In this document: one piece after another, positions 16,026-26,705 of the stretch | Layout: every line of letters starts with the position of its first letter | Numbering within the stretch: position 1 is the first letter of the stretch | DNA from: a virus | Direction: 5' to 3' (one strand) | DNA: 57,645 nucleotides | Virus record (IMG/VR): IMGVR_UViG_3300030451_004451 | Position numbers and translations under genes: made by a program | Notes under the pieces: generated by a model | Database searches by the model: none | Seen by the model: the letters and a program-made list of their open reading frames with translations, nothing else | What the model was told of the DNA's origin: nothing

Positions 16026-19000
16026 TACGCATTCCTCATATCTATTCCAACACCTAATTCATCATTTGGAAATAATTGTTGGTACGTGGGCCCTGTTTGT
16101 TGCTGTCCCATAGGTGGTACTTGAGGTAAACCCTGTGCAACTTGAGCGGGTTGTTGAATTTCTGGTGGTTCAGTTCTAGCTGCGTTTTCAATCTCAAGTT
16201 GAATAAGACCATTATAATCTCTGGCTGCTTTTCTGTTACCATTTAAGTAATCATTATACATACTTCTTTCAGCAACATCCATTTTTTCCATTCTATAGAC
16301 CTCAGGATACAAATGAGCTTTATTTTTAGGTGGTAGTTGTGCAGGATCAAAAGGTTCATCAGGTATAATTACAGGCGTTTTCTCTGCTTCTATTTTTAAC
16401 AGATGCTGTCTAATGTCTTCACCAGTCACCTTCATTGGATTTGTGCCTGGAAAATCTTCTTCTTCTTCATTTAGATATTGTAAAACTCTTTGTAGAGATT
16501 GTCTTTTTCTAGGAGATAGTCCCTTACCTAATGGCTCAAGCATGCTTGTTCTATATCTTTCTCCAACAACCTCACCAGTTTTTCTGTCTACAACATTTTT
16601 TATAAGCATGTCTTTTCTCTCGCCCGTTGTATAAATATCAAGTAAAGCTTTTGTATTATCAGCATTGTTTAAAAAACCACCTAACCTTCTCAAAAGATAT
16701 GTTGGTAATAAAGCAGCTATTACCCCACCACCACCTGAAGCTATACTAAAACCAGCAACACCACCAGTCATTGCTGCCATACCACCTAAACCTGCTCTTC
16801 TGGCAAGGAAGGTCGATGTGTCTCCAAGTACATTACCATAGTGAGCTTGTAAAACATCTAAAACTTTATCCATATCTTGTACATGAGCTATACCTTTTTT
16901 TATGTCACCATCACCAAAAATTTCATATAATCTTCTTTTAGTCAGCTCATCATCCACACCTAAACCAAGTTCTTTTTTAAAATTTGCAAAATTAAAATCA
17001 CCAAGAGAGTTAATGTCAATAATCTCATTAACAGGTGTTTTTGATGTTTGAACTTGTCCAGATCTAAAACCAGCTGCCTGACTAGCTAATCTAGGATCTT
17101 TTTTTAACATTAACGAATCGACAGCAGAATCACCACCCATTTTACCTATTCTCGATACTAATTCATCCTCTAAAAAAGTTCTTGGTTCTGTAAAACTTTT
17201 TATGTAAGCATCAAACACAAAACGACTTCTCATAGCATTAAATAATTTTTTACCTTGTTCGCCTTGATCATATCCAACTAAAGTTTTTAATTCTCTTATA
17301 GTTCTATCTGTTCCGTCTCTAAATACTACATTACCTACTTCTCTAAATAATTTCTCAGGTTCAATAACAGCATTACCTGCTACATTTAATTCACCTAATG
17401 ATGTAAACAAATTAGCATCTGATTTTTTTGCAAGTTTCTGTAGAATACCCTCGTTATATGGACTTATCACTCTACTATAAAATTCATTTGCAGAGTCCAA
17501 TCTTTTCTTAAAAGTTCCTACAGTTTCAAGTGTATTATCTCTAAATTTATCAGCAGCAGCCTTACCTTTGTTTTGTAAAATATTTGCATATTTAGTTTTA
17601 AATGTTTCGTTGTTAAATAGCTTACCAATATTTTCTTCACTAGCTACAGAATCCAGATCAATGTCCATAGCATTTCTCGCATCTCTTATAAGTAAATTCA
17701 TACGACCTTTACCTTCTTGCTGTAAAGCTGCATTTAAATCTCTTTTAATTTGTTGAAATTGTCCTAGTGTAACTGTTTCTGGAAAAGCTGGATCACTAAA
17801 TCTAAGAACAGTTCTAAACATAGGATTTTCAAAACCTTTTATTTTACCAGCAGTGAAATCGGCAAGATCTCTTTCAAAGACCTCACGGCCACCAGGTGTG
17901 TTAGCTATATATTCATCTTTTAGCTCTTTTGACATTTTTTTCAAATTTTTTGTTGGTACAAATTTTATGTCACTCATTGGTTTTATGATATTTTCTAAAT
18001 TTTTATACACAGCATCAGTCATGGTTAAATATTTGGCATGTTGTTTTTTTACTGTGTCTTGAAATTCTTTACCTAATAAATCAGCATAACCAATTGGACC
18101 TAGTGTAGCTAAATAATCACCATAATATTGTACAACTTTTTGTTGAAACTTTTTATTCTCCTGAATAATTCGTGAGTTAACAAAAGGTAAAACACCAAAC
18201 ACTTTACCAAACCCACCTGCTAGTTTACCAAAAGTCGAATCTTCGTCAGCTACAGCAGCAAGTGAAAGAGGTAATCCTTTTTTAGATGCTTGTGCTGCTA
18301 AAATTTTTGCTTGAGGGTTACCTGTACCTGTCAGACCTTTACCGAAAGATCGTATCAGTCTACCTGTCATACCAAATAGTCCAGTGGCTCCAGCTCCCCA
18401 TGCAAGAGATGTAACACCTGCATCAAGACTTTTGGTTACAAGCCGCTCTGGTAAACTCATTGAGTCTAAATCATTATCACTAATAGTTGATAAATCAACC
18501 TGTGAGTTTGCCGTTAATTCAGCAGCAAAATCAGCTATGTCATAAGTAGCACTACCTACAGCTGCACCCGCAGCACCCAAACCAATAGATTTAGCCTCCG
18601 TTTTTAAAGGTTGTGCGACACCATATTTTTGTAATCTTTTACCAGTTTTAAGTAAATTTTTTCCACTATCTTCAACTCTATTTAAAAAGCCAGTTAAAGA
18701 AAAAAAAGCACGTCCTGGTGCTGATTTCTTTGCAACCTTTGCAGCTGTCGCTTTCATAGCTGCTACAGAATCTAAAAATCTAGTAGGATAAGCAATACCA
18801 AATCTTTGTCTGTAATTATTGTCTGTAAAATATTTTTTTAATTTATCACGGTCTTTTACATAACCCATTATTGAACCAAATATATCTCCCACACTTTCAA
18901 AGGTAGTTCTATTGACCTCACCAAATACAGGTAAATTTTCTCTTGTAAAAGTTTCAATCGGTCTGTCAGCTCTTTCTGCTTCAATCGCTAGTTGTTCAGC

Positions 19001-19159
19001 TGCACTTTTTCGTTCTTCCATCAACTCTCTAGTGTTTTTATAACCTTTAAGCTGACCCGATTCAAAAAGCTGGTCCATTTGATTAACTTGGTCGTTTGAT
19101 AATTTTAAAGGATCAAACGCTTTATTATCAAGCATGTTCTGTAATTGTTTTAAACTCAT
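16025..19159 (-). CDS. large internal virion / ejection protein candidate (1044 aa)
   Basis: Second-largest gene class of the virion operon; Gly/Ala-rich hydrophobic patches (GLGAAGAAVGSATYDI; GGMAAMTGGVAGFSIASGGGGVIAALL); 4-nt overlap with the 835-aa ORF. Confidence 0.45.
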   Translation of the reverse strand: MSLKQLQNMLDNKAFDPLKLSNDQVNQMDQLFESGQLKGYKNTRELMEERKSAAEQLAIEAERADRPIETFTRENLPVFGEVNRTTFESVGDIFGSIMGYVKDRDKLKKYFTDNNYRQRFGIAYPTRFLDSVAAMKATAAKVAKKSAPGRAFFSLTGFLNRVEDSGKNLLKTGKRLQKYGVAQPLKTEAKSIGLGAAGAAVGSATYDIADFAAELTANSQVDLSTISDNDLDSMSLPERLVTKSLDAGVTSLAWGAGATGLFGMTGRLIRSFGKGLTGTGNPQAKILAAQASKKGLPLSLAAVADEDSTFGKLAGGFGKVFGVLPFVNSRIIQENKKFQQKVVQYYGDYLATLGPIGYADLLGKEFQDTVKKQHAKYLTMTDAVYKNLENIIKPMSDIKFVPTKNLKKMSKELKDEYIANTPGGREVFERDLADFTAGKIKGFENPMFRTVLRFSDPAFPETVTLGQFQQIKRDLNAALQQEGKGRMNLLIRDARNAMDIDLDSVASEENIGKLFNNETFKTKYANILQNKGKAAADKFRDNTLETVGTFKKRLDSANEFYSRVISPYNEGILQKLAKKSDANLFTSLGELNVAGNAVIEPEKLFREVGNVVFRDGTDRTIRELKTLVGYDQGEQGKKLFNAMRSRFVFDAYIKSFTEPRTFLEDELVSRIGKMGGDSAVDSLMLKKDPRLASQAAGFRSGQVQTSKTPVNEIIDINSLGDFNFANFKKELGLGVDDELTKRRLYEIFGDGDIKKGIAHVQDMDKVLDVLQAHYGNVLGDTSTFLARRAGLGGMAAMTGGVAGFSIASGGGGVIAALLPTYLLRRLGGFLNNADNTKALLDIYTTGERKDMLIKNVVDRKTGEVVGERYRTSMLEPLGKGLSPRKRQSLQRVLQYLNEEEEDFPGTNPMKVTGEDIRQHLLKIEAEKTPVIIPDEPFDPAQLPPKNKAHLYPEVYRMEKMDVAERSMYNDYLNGNRKAARDYNGLIQLEIENAARTEPPEIQQPAQVAQGLPQVPPMGQQQTGPTYQQLFPNDELGVGIDMRNA

Positions 19160-21663
19160 TTTTGTGTTTCCAATAAGTTAGCTGAAGCTGCATCTCCATC
19201 AATTTCACGTTCTACAGTAGCTGCTTGCTGTCCTGGCATTTGTCTAGATGTAACAACTTTTAGACCTTGCAGATTTGGATTGGCTAAAATATCAGCAGCT
19301 GTACCACCAAATCCTCTATATCTTTGTAATTGGTTAGTAAAGTTATTTTCAAGAATTTGTTTTTGCGTTAACATTTGAGCCTCTACTGTTCTAAAATCTT
19401 TAAACAGATCAATAATAGACGTTTGTCCTTCTGCGTCATCAATATCAGCACGTGTCAATCTATCTTGTGCTTTTAAAGCATTTGCAATTAAATATTTCAA
19501 TTTGTGTTGATACACAGCTAATTTTGCAATAGTAATTTTTTTGGTATCTGCTGTACTATCAGAATCATCAATCAAATTATCAAATGATGTTCCGTAAACT
19601 TCTTTTGCAAGTGCGTTCATATTTGCTGGACTTGTTGAGTTTTTATAATCTCTAGCCATAGACTCTTGCAATTCTTGAGCTGTAATTGGATCATTTTTAT
19701 TTTTTGATCGTTCTGTAGCAAACCCTATCATTGTCATTTGTTCAGGGTCACCACTCATTCTACCTTTTGATATGTATCCTAAAACATCTGAGCTACCTGA
19801 TTTTTGTAAGATATCATTAGCAGTAGGACCCTCTCTCCCAAAAACATCTATACCTACAGCTTGTGGAAGACCTTTTAAGAAATTGACAACTTTAATACCT
19901 TTCTCTCTTAAAGCACCACCAGCACCTACTACCTCATCTATATTGATTCCCTGTTTTTCAAGTGTTGGTCTTATTTCTAAAACATCGTTGATAATATTTA
20001 TACCCTCACCTGTGTATTGTATACCACTTAAAACCTCATCTGCCTTACCACCATCGAATTGACGTATTGCATAATCACCCTTTTCATTACCTCCTCTTTT
20101 ACCAAAACGTCCATAAACTTGTTGTACTTCTGGACTATTTAAAGCAAAAATCTGGTTGTTTATTTCTACACCTAAAGTTCCGTCTTCTAATTGAACAGCA
20201 GGCACATCTACAATTCCACCAAATTGGTCTGGGTGATCTGGGTTATTAAGCGAAAGATACAAATTTCTTTCTTTTATCTTACTGTTTTTTGCTATAGTCT
20301 TTTGTGCGTCTAACTGAGCTTTAAATACATCTATTTGTCTATCTTGAGCTTTTTGATCTAAATCAATGGCTGTTCCAAGTATGCTTTGTGTTAATAATCT
20401 TTGTTCTTTATCTAAAGCTTTGCCTTCAAGTCTTTGTTGTTCTTCAAAAGTTCTTTCATAATCTAAGAAATTAGCTGCTAAACTTTGTCTTAATTTTTTA
20501 TCTTCCTGATTTAAAGCAAAAGCAGTTTCCATTACTTCTCCACCTGCTTGATTAGCTGCTTCAAGTAAACCAAGAAAACCTCTGTTTGATGTTTTTGCAT
20601 TAGCTAAACCACTACCCATTTTCCATAATAAATACATGGCTCTGTTGTTATTGTCAGCACCACTATATTCTTTAAATTTTTGTAAATACTCATCAAAGTT
20701 TTGTTTTTCTCTTTGACTTAATTTTTCTCTTGCTGCGGTAATATCGTCAAATGCTACTTGATATTCTTTTTTAAGTTGTCTTGCAATTTCAGAAACTGAT
20801 GAAAGTCTTCTGGGATTAGTGTTATCAAAAGTTTGTTTTGTTTTACCTATAGCTTCTTTACCAGATTCGTTTAATTTACCAGCAACATCAGAATCACTAT
20901 CATTATCTTCAATTGTTTTAGCTCTTCGTATTCTCTCATCTTCAATTGCTAAATTAGATTTTAATTCACCAGGTGGACCACCTGAAGTAAAAGGACCAAC
21001 ATCTCCTTGAAAGTTTGGATCAGCTTTTCTTGTTTGTCCTTCTTGAACTTTCTCTTGTTGTTGTTGTCTAATTTCTTGTTGTTTTTTTAAATTATCAAGT
21101 TGATCTTGTTCAAGTATTTGTTGAGTTTTTAATTCTTCTTCTGATAATGGAGAACCTAAAACCTCTCCAGCACCTGCTATACCAGCAGCACCCAAGAAAG
21201 ATTTACCTGGATTTTTACGTGTCTTTTCTAACACTTTTCCTAAATATGGTGTTTGTTCTGCTCTTCTTCTTAGTCTACTAATACCTCTTGTATCTTTTTT
21301 ACCAAAAGCACTGGCTAATCTTCTAGCGCCTGGAAGAAATGTTCCTGAACCTGCTCCTAAAAAAGCTAAACCTCCAGCAACATCACCCATGTCACCTTCT
21401 TCAGACAGCATGCCTTCACCTACTTGATAAGCACCATAAGGCACTTCAGATGTTTCTAAGGCACCTATTACTCCTCTTTTAGCTCTTGGAGACACAAGTT
21501 TTTTAACTTGTCTGGCAAGAAAAGGACCAACTCGTGCTGCTAAACTCAAAGCAGCAGGAGTTCCTGCTGCGATTCCACCTACTACAGCCCTAACAGGTTC
21601 TACCTTACCTGCTCGCAAAGCTTTTTGTCTAAACAATTTTCTATGTAAAACTTTGTCTACCAT
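19156..21663 (-). CDS. large internal virion / ejection protein candidate (835 aa)
   Basis: N-terminal G/A-rich hydrophobic segments, Q/E-rich coiled-coil centre; contiguous with the other internal-protein candidates. Confidence 0.45.
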   Translation of the reverse strand: MVDKVLHRKLFRQKALRAGKVEPVRAVVGGIAAGTPAALSLAARVGPFLARQVKKLVSPRAKRGVIGALETSEVPYGAYQVGEGMLSEEGDMGDVAGGLAFLGAGSGTFLPGARRLASAFGKKDTRGISRLRRRAEQTPYLGKVLEKTRKNPGKSFLGAAGIAGAGEVLGSPLSEEELKTQQILEQDQLDNLKKQQEIRQQQQEKVQEGQTRKADPNFQGDVGPFTSGGPPGELKSNLAIEDERIRRAKTIEDNDSDSDVAGKLNESGKEAIGKTKQTFDNTNPRRLSSVSEIARQLKKEYQVAFDDITAAREKLSQREKQNFDEYLQKFKEYSGADNNNRAMYLLWKMGSGLANAKTSNRGFLGLLEAANQAGGEVMETAFALNQEDKKLRQSLAANFLDYERTFEEQQRLEGKALDKEQRLLTQSILGTAIDLDQKAQDRQIDVFKAQLDAQKTIAKNSKIKERNLYLSLNNPDHPDQFGGIVDVPAVQLEDGTLGVEINNQIFALNSPEVQQVYGRFGKRGGNEKGDYAIRQFDGGKADEVLSGIQYTGEGINIINDVLEIRPTLEKQGINIDEVVGAGGALREKGIKVVNFLKGLPQAVGIDVFGREGPTANDILQKSGSSDVLGYISKGRMSGDPEQMTMIGFATERSKNKNDPITAQELQESMARDYKNSTSPANMNALAKEVYGTSFDNLIDDSDSTADTKKITIAKLAVYQHKLKYLIANALKAQDRLTRADIDDAEGQTSIIDLFKDFRTVEAQMLTQKQILENNFTNQLQRYRGFGGTAADILANPNLQGLKVVTSRQMPGQQAATVEREIDGDAASANLLETQK

Positions 21664-22745
21664 TATTTAGTTCCCCCGCCAATGCCTGTTCCACCAAATA
21701 TGTTATAAGCAGCATAAGCTTGTAGACCTGCACCTGCTGCTTGAGCTAGAGGATTCACTCCAGGACCTGTGCCCGCTGTTACTTGTGAAGCAGCTGTTGG
21801 AAGGGCTGTCATAATACCTTTTTGAAACTCTATTCTTTGAAACGGTTCATATGCTCTTGCAATTTCTGTTTGTCTTTGAGCTGTTAAGGCTTGTTGTGCA
21901 ATATCTCTCTGCGCTTGACCACCAGTAAGTTGAGCTTGAGCTTCCGTCAAAGCCATTTGTTGTTGTTGTGCACCTAGGTTTGCTAATTGCGCACCAGTGG
22001 CTTGTTGTGCCTGAGTTTGAAATTGTTGTTGTCTTTGAGCTGCTGATAAAGCTGTACCAAAACCTGCTGCTTGAGCTTGACCGATCTGTGCTAATCTTCC
22101 TCTTTCTTGTTCTGCTCTTTGCACACCTTCTCTACCACCACCGAAAGCACCACCAGCAACAGCTTCTGCTGACAATCTATTTTCAGAAATTTTTGCTTGC
22201 CTGTTTATTTCATCAATTACATACCTTTGGTAAGGATTCATGAAAGCATCTATATCAGGTTGCTGCATAGCTGTTTGCTGAGCTCCTAATGTAGATAATA
22301 TGCCTTCACCCAAAGCATCGGCACCAATACCTGCTGTGCCAATAGTTTGAAATGCTCGTTGTTGTAAAGGTGAAGCACCTGCAATTTCGTATTCAGGAAT
22401 ACGTATTGGAACTTTAGATAACTCGATAGCCTCATCATACAAAGCTAATTTTCTTGCCTCTATTTCAGGAGCTTCTCTTGAAAATGTTGTTTGTGTCGTA
22501 TTAGCTGGTTGAGCTGGTGCTGCAGGGGCACCTCCACCTCCACCGCCTTTTTTATACTCTTTTAAGCCTGTGCATTCATTAACAGTTCCTGAGCCACCTG
22601 CAAGTTTTAATAATCGAGCTTCATCTTTGTTGATATGCGCAAGTTCAGTGTCACCATCAACACCTTTACCTGCTATATCTTTATATAAAACATTTAGTAA
22701 CCAAATTTTTATTTTATTAGGTATTATTTTAAGCAAAAAATTCAT
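21663..22745 (-). CDS. internal virion protein candidate (360 aa)
   Basis: GVDGDTELAHINKDEARLLKLAGGSGTVNECTGLKEY N-terminal motif, G6 run, long Q/A-rich repetitive C-terminal half. Confidence 0.45.
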   Translation of the reverse strand: MNFLLKIIPNKIKIWLLNVLYKDIAGKGVDGDTELAHINKDEARLLKLAGGSGTVNECTGLKEYKKGGGGGGAPAAPAQPANTTQTTFSREAPEIEARKLALYDEAIELSKVPIRIPEYEIAGASPLQQRAFQTIGTAGIGADALGEGILSTLGAQQTAMQQPDIDAFMNPYQRYVIDEINRQAKISENRLSAEAVAGGAFGGGREGVQRAEQERGRLAQIGQAQAAGFGTALSAAQRQQQFQTQAQQATGAQLANLGAQQQQMALTEAQAQLTGGQAQRDIAQQALTAQRQTEIARAYEPFQRIEFQKGIMTALPTAASQVTAGTGPGVNPLAQAAGAGLQAYAAYNIFGGTGIGGGTK

Positions 22746-23145
22746 AAGTATATCCTGATAATTTCATTGTCATTTTTTGTTTTTTCATAACTTTCATCCA
22801 TCCTTTTCTACCAAAACACTCAACTGTGTCTAACCCTAAACTTCTTGCATATTCTTTCATAAAATCCTCAAGTTGTTTTAAATATTTACAAACTTTAGTG
22901 CCTCCTACAAATAAAAAACACAAAACCTCTTTTGCTGGATAATAAACTTTTTGTGTAACTACCACAGCTGTAATCTTTTTATCGTGGATTATAAGAAACA
23001 TGGTCATTGTTCCTTGTTTTAAGAGATCGTATGTAGTTTCAAGAGTATGTCGACCATCAGTGTCTTCTAATAAACCCTTTAGCCACCCTTTTACTTTATC
23101 CCAAAAAACATCCACACACTCTACACTAACTTGTTTTATTTCCAT
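22729..23145 (-). CDS. N4 gp49 / Sf6 gp66-family-like protein
   Basis: 138 aa; W..V..WL, ...FLFVGGTKV...LEDFMKEYARSLGLDTVECFGRKGWMKVM resembles the GG...W...le.wAr..G...i...GR.GW pattern of that family (from memory). Confidence 0.45.
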   Translation of the reverse strand: MEIKQVSVECVDVFWDKVKGWLKGLLEDTDGRHTLETTYDLLKQGTMTMFLIIHDKKITAVVVTQKVYYPAKEVLCFLFVGGTKVCKYLKQLEDFMKEYARSLGLDTVECFGRKGWMKVMKKQKMTMKLSGYTYEFFA

Positions 23146-24202
23146 CGTTTACAATGTCATAAATTCTTTTTAATTGATCCTGTTGATTATAAAAAAACTT
23201 TGCTCCTTTACTTCTCATATCTTTCATATCTTTTGGGTTTGCTCCTGACATGATTCCCGCGCCCAAAATTGCATCAGCTCTTGACACAAATTCACCATCA
23301 GCAAGTTGTGCTAACATAGTGTCCTCATCTTTGTCACCATTACCTGAGCCATCTTCTACATAGCCCATGGCTCTTACATAATTATTTGAGTCATTTTCAT
23401 CATGATCCGATTTGCTTGGTAGATAATTTATACCACCCTCTGCAAAATTTTTAAAAGAAATCAAACCACCTTGATTTGCATAAATTGGATTTACAGGATT
23501 GTAAATATCCCCTCTATCTCTATCAGGATCTAAATCGTAATCGTAACGTCCCGCCATCCCTTCTATTGCAGCATCTTGTCTGGCTTTAGCTGCCTTGTAA
23601 TCAGACTCTGGATATGCCTGTCCAGCTTGTTGTACTGTCATGGGATCTTCTGCCATAGCTGAACCAAGTAGATTTGCTGCTGCTACACCTCCTGCTAAAG
23701 ACAAACCTGGATTTTCTTTAATAAAATTACCAGCTTGACTTGCTAATGTTGGAGCTGCGGCTACGTCCGCTACTGCTGGAGCTGCGGCTGCTAAATCTGT
23801 CGCTACAGAAGTTCCTGTACCAAAAGCAGCCTCTAGCTGACCTCCTGGTATAAAATTAGCTGCTGCCGGAGTTGATGTAACTATGGGTGTTCCTCCAGCC
23901 AATCCACTTGTAGTAGCGGCTGTTGAGGCTAATTCTGGAGTAGAAGAACCAACTGCAGCTTTAAATGCTGCATCCATACCAGTGCCTTGTGCGGTCAACC
24001 CACCACCTGCTGCGGCTTTACTTCCTGATAAACCTGCTTTACCAAAAATTGATGAATAAGTTTGAGGTGCCATTGATTGAAATGCAGCTAAGCCACCAAA
24101 GGTTCCTAGACCCGCTAATAAAGATGTTTTTGTTGATGCACCGGCAAGTTTTGCTATCCCGAAAGCAGCGGTTCCCAATAACAGTGGTACCATTAAACTC
24201 AT
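23126..24202 (-). CDS. membrane-anchored G/A/T-rich virion protein candidate
   Basis: N-terminal TM MSLMVPLLLGTAAFGIAKLAG, low-complexity middle, C-terminal DTMLAQLADGEFVSRADAILGAG motif; SD AGGAGttatatATG. Confidence 0.5.
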   Translation of the reverse strand: MSLMVPLLLGTAAFGIAKLAGASTKTSLLAGLGTFGGLAAFQSMAPQTYSSIFGKAGLSGSKAAAGGGLTAQGTGMDAAFKAAVGSSTPELASTAATTSGLAGGTPIVTSTPAAANFIPGGQLEAAFGTGTSVATDLAAAAPAVADVAAAPTLASQAGNFIKENPGLSLAGGVAAANLLGSAMAEDPMTVQQAGQAYPESDYKAAKARQDAAIEGMAGRYDYDLDPDRDRGDIYNPVNPIYANQGGLISFKNFAEGGINYLPSKSDHDENDSNNYVRAMGYVEDGSGNGDKDEDTMLAQLADGEFVSRADAILGAGIMSGANPKDMKDMRSKGAKFFYNQQDQLKRIYDIVNDGNKTS

Positions 24203-24234
24203 ATATAACTCCTAAGTAATTACTAGCATTTATT

Positions 24235-25065
24235 TTACTCTGATTGTGCGGGTTTTTCAACCACCTGCTTAGTCATCTCATCATACAAACGTCCTGTATA
24301 CTGAAACTCACCTACGTGAGTTATATAATCCAGTATGTAACAATACAATTTACCACCTATATTTTTCCATAAACGACAGAAAGCAAAGTCTTCTCCGTAA
24401 TATCTTTTATTTTCTGGATCATAATAAGTATCAAAAAAAGCATAGAAATGTGGTCTATCTTTAAACTCACCATCTATTACAGTTTTTTGCACAATATCCA
24501 TATTTGGGTAAGCTTTTATTAATTTATCAAAAACTTGTCTTTGTATTAACATACAACCGGTCGGTGCATGTGTAACTTCAATTACACCTTCTTTACATTT
24601 TACGTCATGTTCTTCATCTTCTAAAAGTATTGGATATTGATTTATATGAAACTGACAATGTTTAGGTTCTTTAATTAGTCCGCCCTCAATTTTAGTAATT
24701 AAATTTTCCCACTTGGCTGTTTTAATAGGGTAGGGTTGTGAAATTATTTCTTTGTCCTTATTTATCATTTTAAATATGCTGTCAACATCGAAAGCAATAT
24801 CAGAGTCAACAAATAAAAGATGTGTATAATCTGTTTGTAAGAAAGCACTGACACATAAATTACGTCCTTGTGTAACTAGCGAAGATTTCATTAATTGAAA
24901 TGTTACAAGTATATCTCTTTTCATACATTCTTTTTGTAGCTCAAGCATTGTTTGTGTAAAATGTATGGATACTTCACTGTGAACAGGTGTAGCTACAAAA
25001 AGTTTAGTTTTATAATTATCTGTATTTTTAGGTTTTTTTATCCAAATCGGTTTATTGTTTTGCAT
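24235..25065 (-). CDS. GT-A fold glycosyltransferase
   Basis: FVATPVHSEV..., QGRNLCVSAFLQTDYTHLLFVDSDIAF (DxD), ...YGEDFAFCRLW... typical of family-2-like phage glycosyltransferases. Confidence 0.6.
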   Translation of the reverse strand: MQNNKPIWIKKPKNTDNYKTKLFVATPVHSEVSIHFTQTMLELQKECMKRDILVTFQLMKSSLVTQGRNLCVSAFLQTDYTHLLFVDSDIAFDVDSIFKMINKDKEIISQPYPIKTAKWENLITKIEGGLIKEPKHCQFHINQYPILLEDEEHDVKCKEGVIEVTHAPTGCMLIQRQVFDKLIKAYPNMDIVQKTVIDGEFKDRPHFYAFFDTYYDPENKRYYGEDFAFCRLWKNIGGKLYCYILDYITHVGEFQYTGRLYDEMTKQVVEKPAQSE

Positions 25066-25981
25066 TTAAAACACCTGTAAGAAAATTAGTCCATTCATGT
25101 GCCTTCTTTTCCCAACAATAAAATCTTTTTACAAAGGCTTGTTGTAAAGACAAATGTTTTCTTATCATAGGTTCGTGGAGCGTGTCTCGTGCTACTTTAA
25201 TAGCTTCTGCAAATTGAAAAGCAAGATTGTTAAAATTTGTTTCATAGTTGATATATATAGGAAACTCTGACCCTGTTTCGTAAATAGCACCGTAATTAGT
25301 CACGACACAGTATAAGCCAGCAGCCATAGACTCTAACAAAGAAATACAGGACGTTTCTTCCCATATACTTGGATACACATACAGGTGATAATTTGGTAAT
25401 TTACTCAATATAAAATCATTTGGTCTATAACCAATATAATTTACATTCGGCAACTTTCTAGCTTGATCATACAACTCTTGATAATTATGGTCATTATCTT
25501 TTTTAAACTCATCTCCATATATTTCACAACTACTATATACATCAAGCTCAATGTTTTCACCTTCAAGATACTGCATAGCACCCAATAATACATTTAAACC
25601 TCTCCAGGGCGTGTTATGATGTATAATTCTTAAACGATCTCCTTCGTTAAAATTATTTGTTTTTGGAAAACTTGTCACACCATTTTTGATTACATGACAC
25701 CTGTCAGTTGGTAGATTAAAACTTTTTCTAAACTGTTCGTAATTCCAATGTGAATTAAATACATACCAATCGTACTTTGTGTGGTTTTCTTTATTTTTAA
25801 ACCAAGGCTCAATATTAGGTTGGTTTGGGGCATTTTTTTGCCATAAGATATTTACTTTATCTTTAGATAGCGGTGTTTTTTCAGGAACAGATAAACAGAT
25901 TTGAACACCTTCTAACAACTCTTTTTTAACATGTTTATGTAAAAAGTTGTGTTGAAGTTCAGTTCCTCCCAACGGATTCAA
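25052..25981 (-). CDS. GT-B fold (GT4/GT1-like) glycosyltransferase
   Basis: YVYPSIWEETSCISLLESMAAGLYCVVTNYGAIYETG contains the E-x7-E motif. TTG start with AAGGAGG SD, TTGA overlap with the upstream ORF. Confidence 0.65.
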   Translation of the reverse strand: MNPLGGTELQHNFLHKHVKKELLEGVQICLSVPEKTPLSKDKVNILWQKNAPNQPNIEPWFKNKENHTKYDWYVFNSHWNYEQFRKSFNLPTDRCHVIKNGVTSFPKTNNFNEGDRLRIIHHNTPWRGLNVLLGAMQYLEGENIELDVYSSCEIYGDEFKKDNDHNYQELYDQARKLPNVNYIGYRPNDFILSKLPNYHLYVYPSIWEETSCISLLESMAAGLYCVVTNYGAIYETGSEFPIYINYETNFNNLAFQFAEAIKVARDTLHEPMIRKHLSLQQAFVKRFYCWEKKAHEWTNFLTGVLNAKQ

Positions 25982-26166
25982 TCTGTTCCTCCTTCAATAT
26001 CCAACTGCGGAACGATAATTGTAACGTCCCTTTGAATGTCTTCTTCAGTTGTTGCAGACAGTTTGTCCTCGACATCGAATTTGGCTTCTTTTTCTGATGC
26101 ATATTCTTTACCAGTTCTTTTGTTTGTGATCTTAGTTTTTGATTCACAATGTATTACTTTTGTCAT
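25978..26166 (-). CDS. hypothetical protein
   Basis: 62-aa ORF whose stop overlaps the glycosyltransferase start and which carries that gene's SD; preferred over the alternative frame 25959-26147. Confidence 0.5.
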   Translation of the reverse strand: MTKVIHCESKTKITNKRTGKEYASEKEAKFDVEDKLSATTEEDIQRDVTIIVPQLDIEGGTD

Positions 26167-26247
26167 AACTAAAAAATCAAATAAAGAACTAAATTTACTA
26201 TTATATATGTTGTCATGTATTTAAATTTACATAATTAAAAAATTAAA

Positions 26248-26589
26248 TCAACCATTTTCTTGAGAGCGATCAATAAGAGCGTAAGATATTATACCTTGTA
26301 TTTCATTAGCTGTGCTTGCTGTCATCTTTAGTATATCACCTTCCTCTAATACTAACGTTTGAGATATGACTTGTCGTGTTGTATTAGCGGCTATGGCAGC
26401 ATTATCAATTCTAAATGTTCCTGATGCACTTGTGTCGGTTACCTGTGTTGCTAAATTTACTACACCGCTAGCACCATTATGAACTTGTATTTGTTTTACT
26501 AAACAACGTCCACTTGTCGGTGATGTTAAGACACTCACCGTGTCAGTTGTTGTTAGCGAAAACCCTTGATTTTTATATCGTATTGTCAT
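26248..26589 (-). CDS. hypothetical beta-rich protein
   Basis: 113 aa, T/S/V-rich; compositionally similar to ORF 41363-41671. Confidence 0.55.
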   Translation of the reverse strand: MTIRYKNQGFSLTTTDTVSVLTSPTSGRCLVKQIQVHNGASGVVNLATQVTDTSASGTFRIDNAAIAANTTRQVISQTLVLEEGDILKMTASTANEIQGIISYALIDRSQENG

Positions 26590-26705
26590 TAGCTCATAAA
26601 AAAGTTAAATGCATCTTGTTCTTTTTTTAATTCATTTTGATATGAAAAATTTAGTTGATTGACTAACGTTTCAATACTGTAAGACATTTGTCTTTGATTT
26701 TCCAT
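26589..26705 (-). CDS. possible mini-ORF (38 aa)
   Basis: MENQRQMSYSIETLVNQLNFSYQNELKKEQDAFNFFMS; its TAA overlaps the ATG of the next gene (TAATG). Weak SD, so tentative. Confidence 0.25.
   Translation of the reverse strand: MENQRQMSYSIETLVNQLNFSYQNELKKEQDAFNFFMS

Noticed and set aside
16025-19159. Possibility that the 1044-aa protein is a virion RNA polymerase (IFGDGDIKK resembles a DxDGD-type metal site)
   Set aside because: This is a single short motif without the surrounding double-psi beta-barrel or T7-like palm signatures. Consensus sigma70-type promoters throughout the genome argue for host RNAP use.
16413-22758. Plus-strand ORFs inside the 1044/835/360-aa genes (for example 16413-16634, 17568-17756, 19772-20062, 21968-22243, 22570-22758)
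   Set aside because: They are antisense shadows of long minus-strand ORFs, with no start context.
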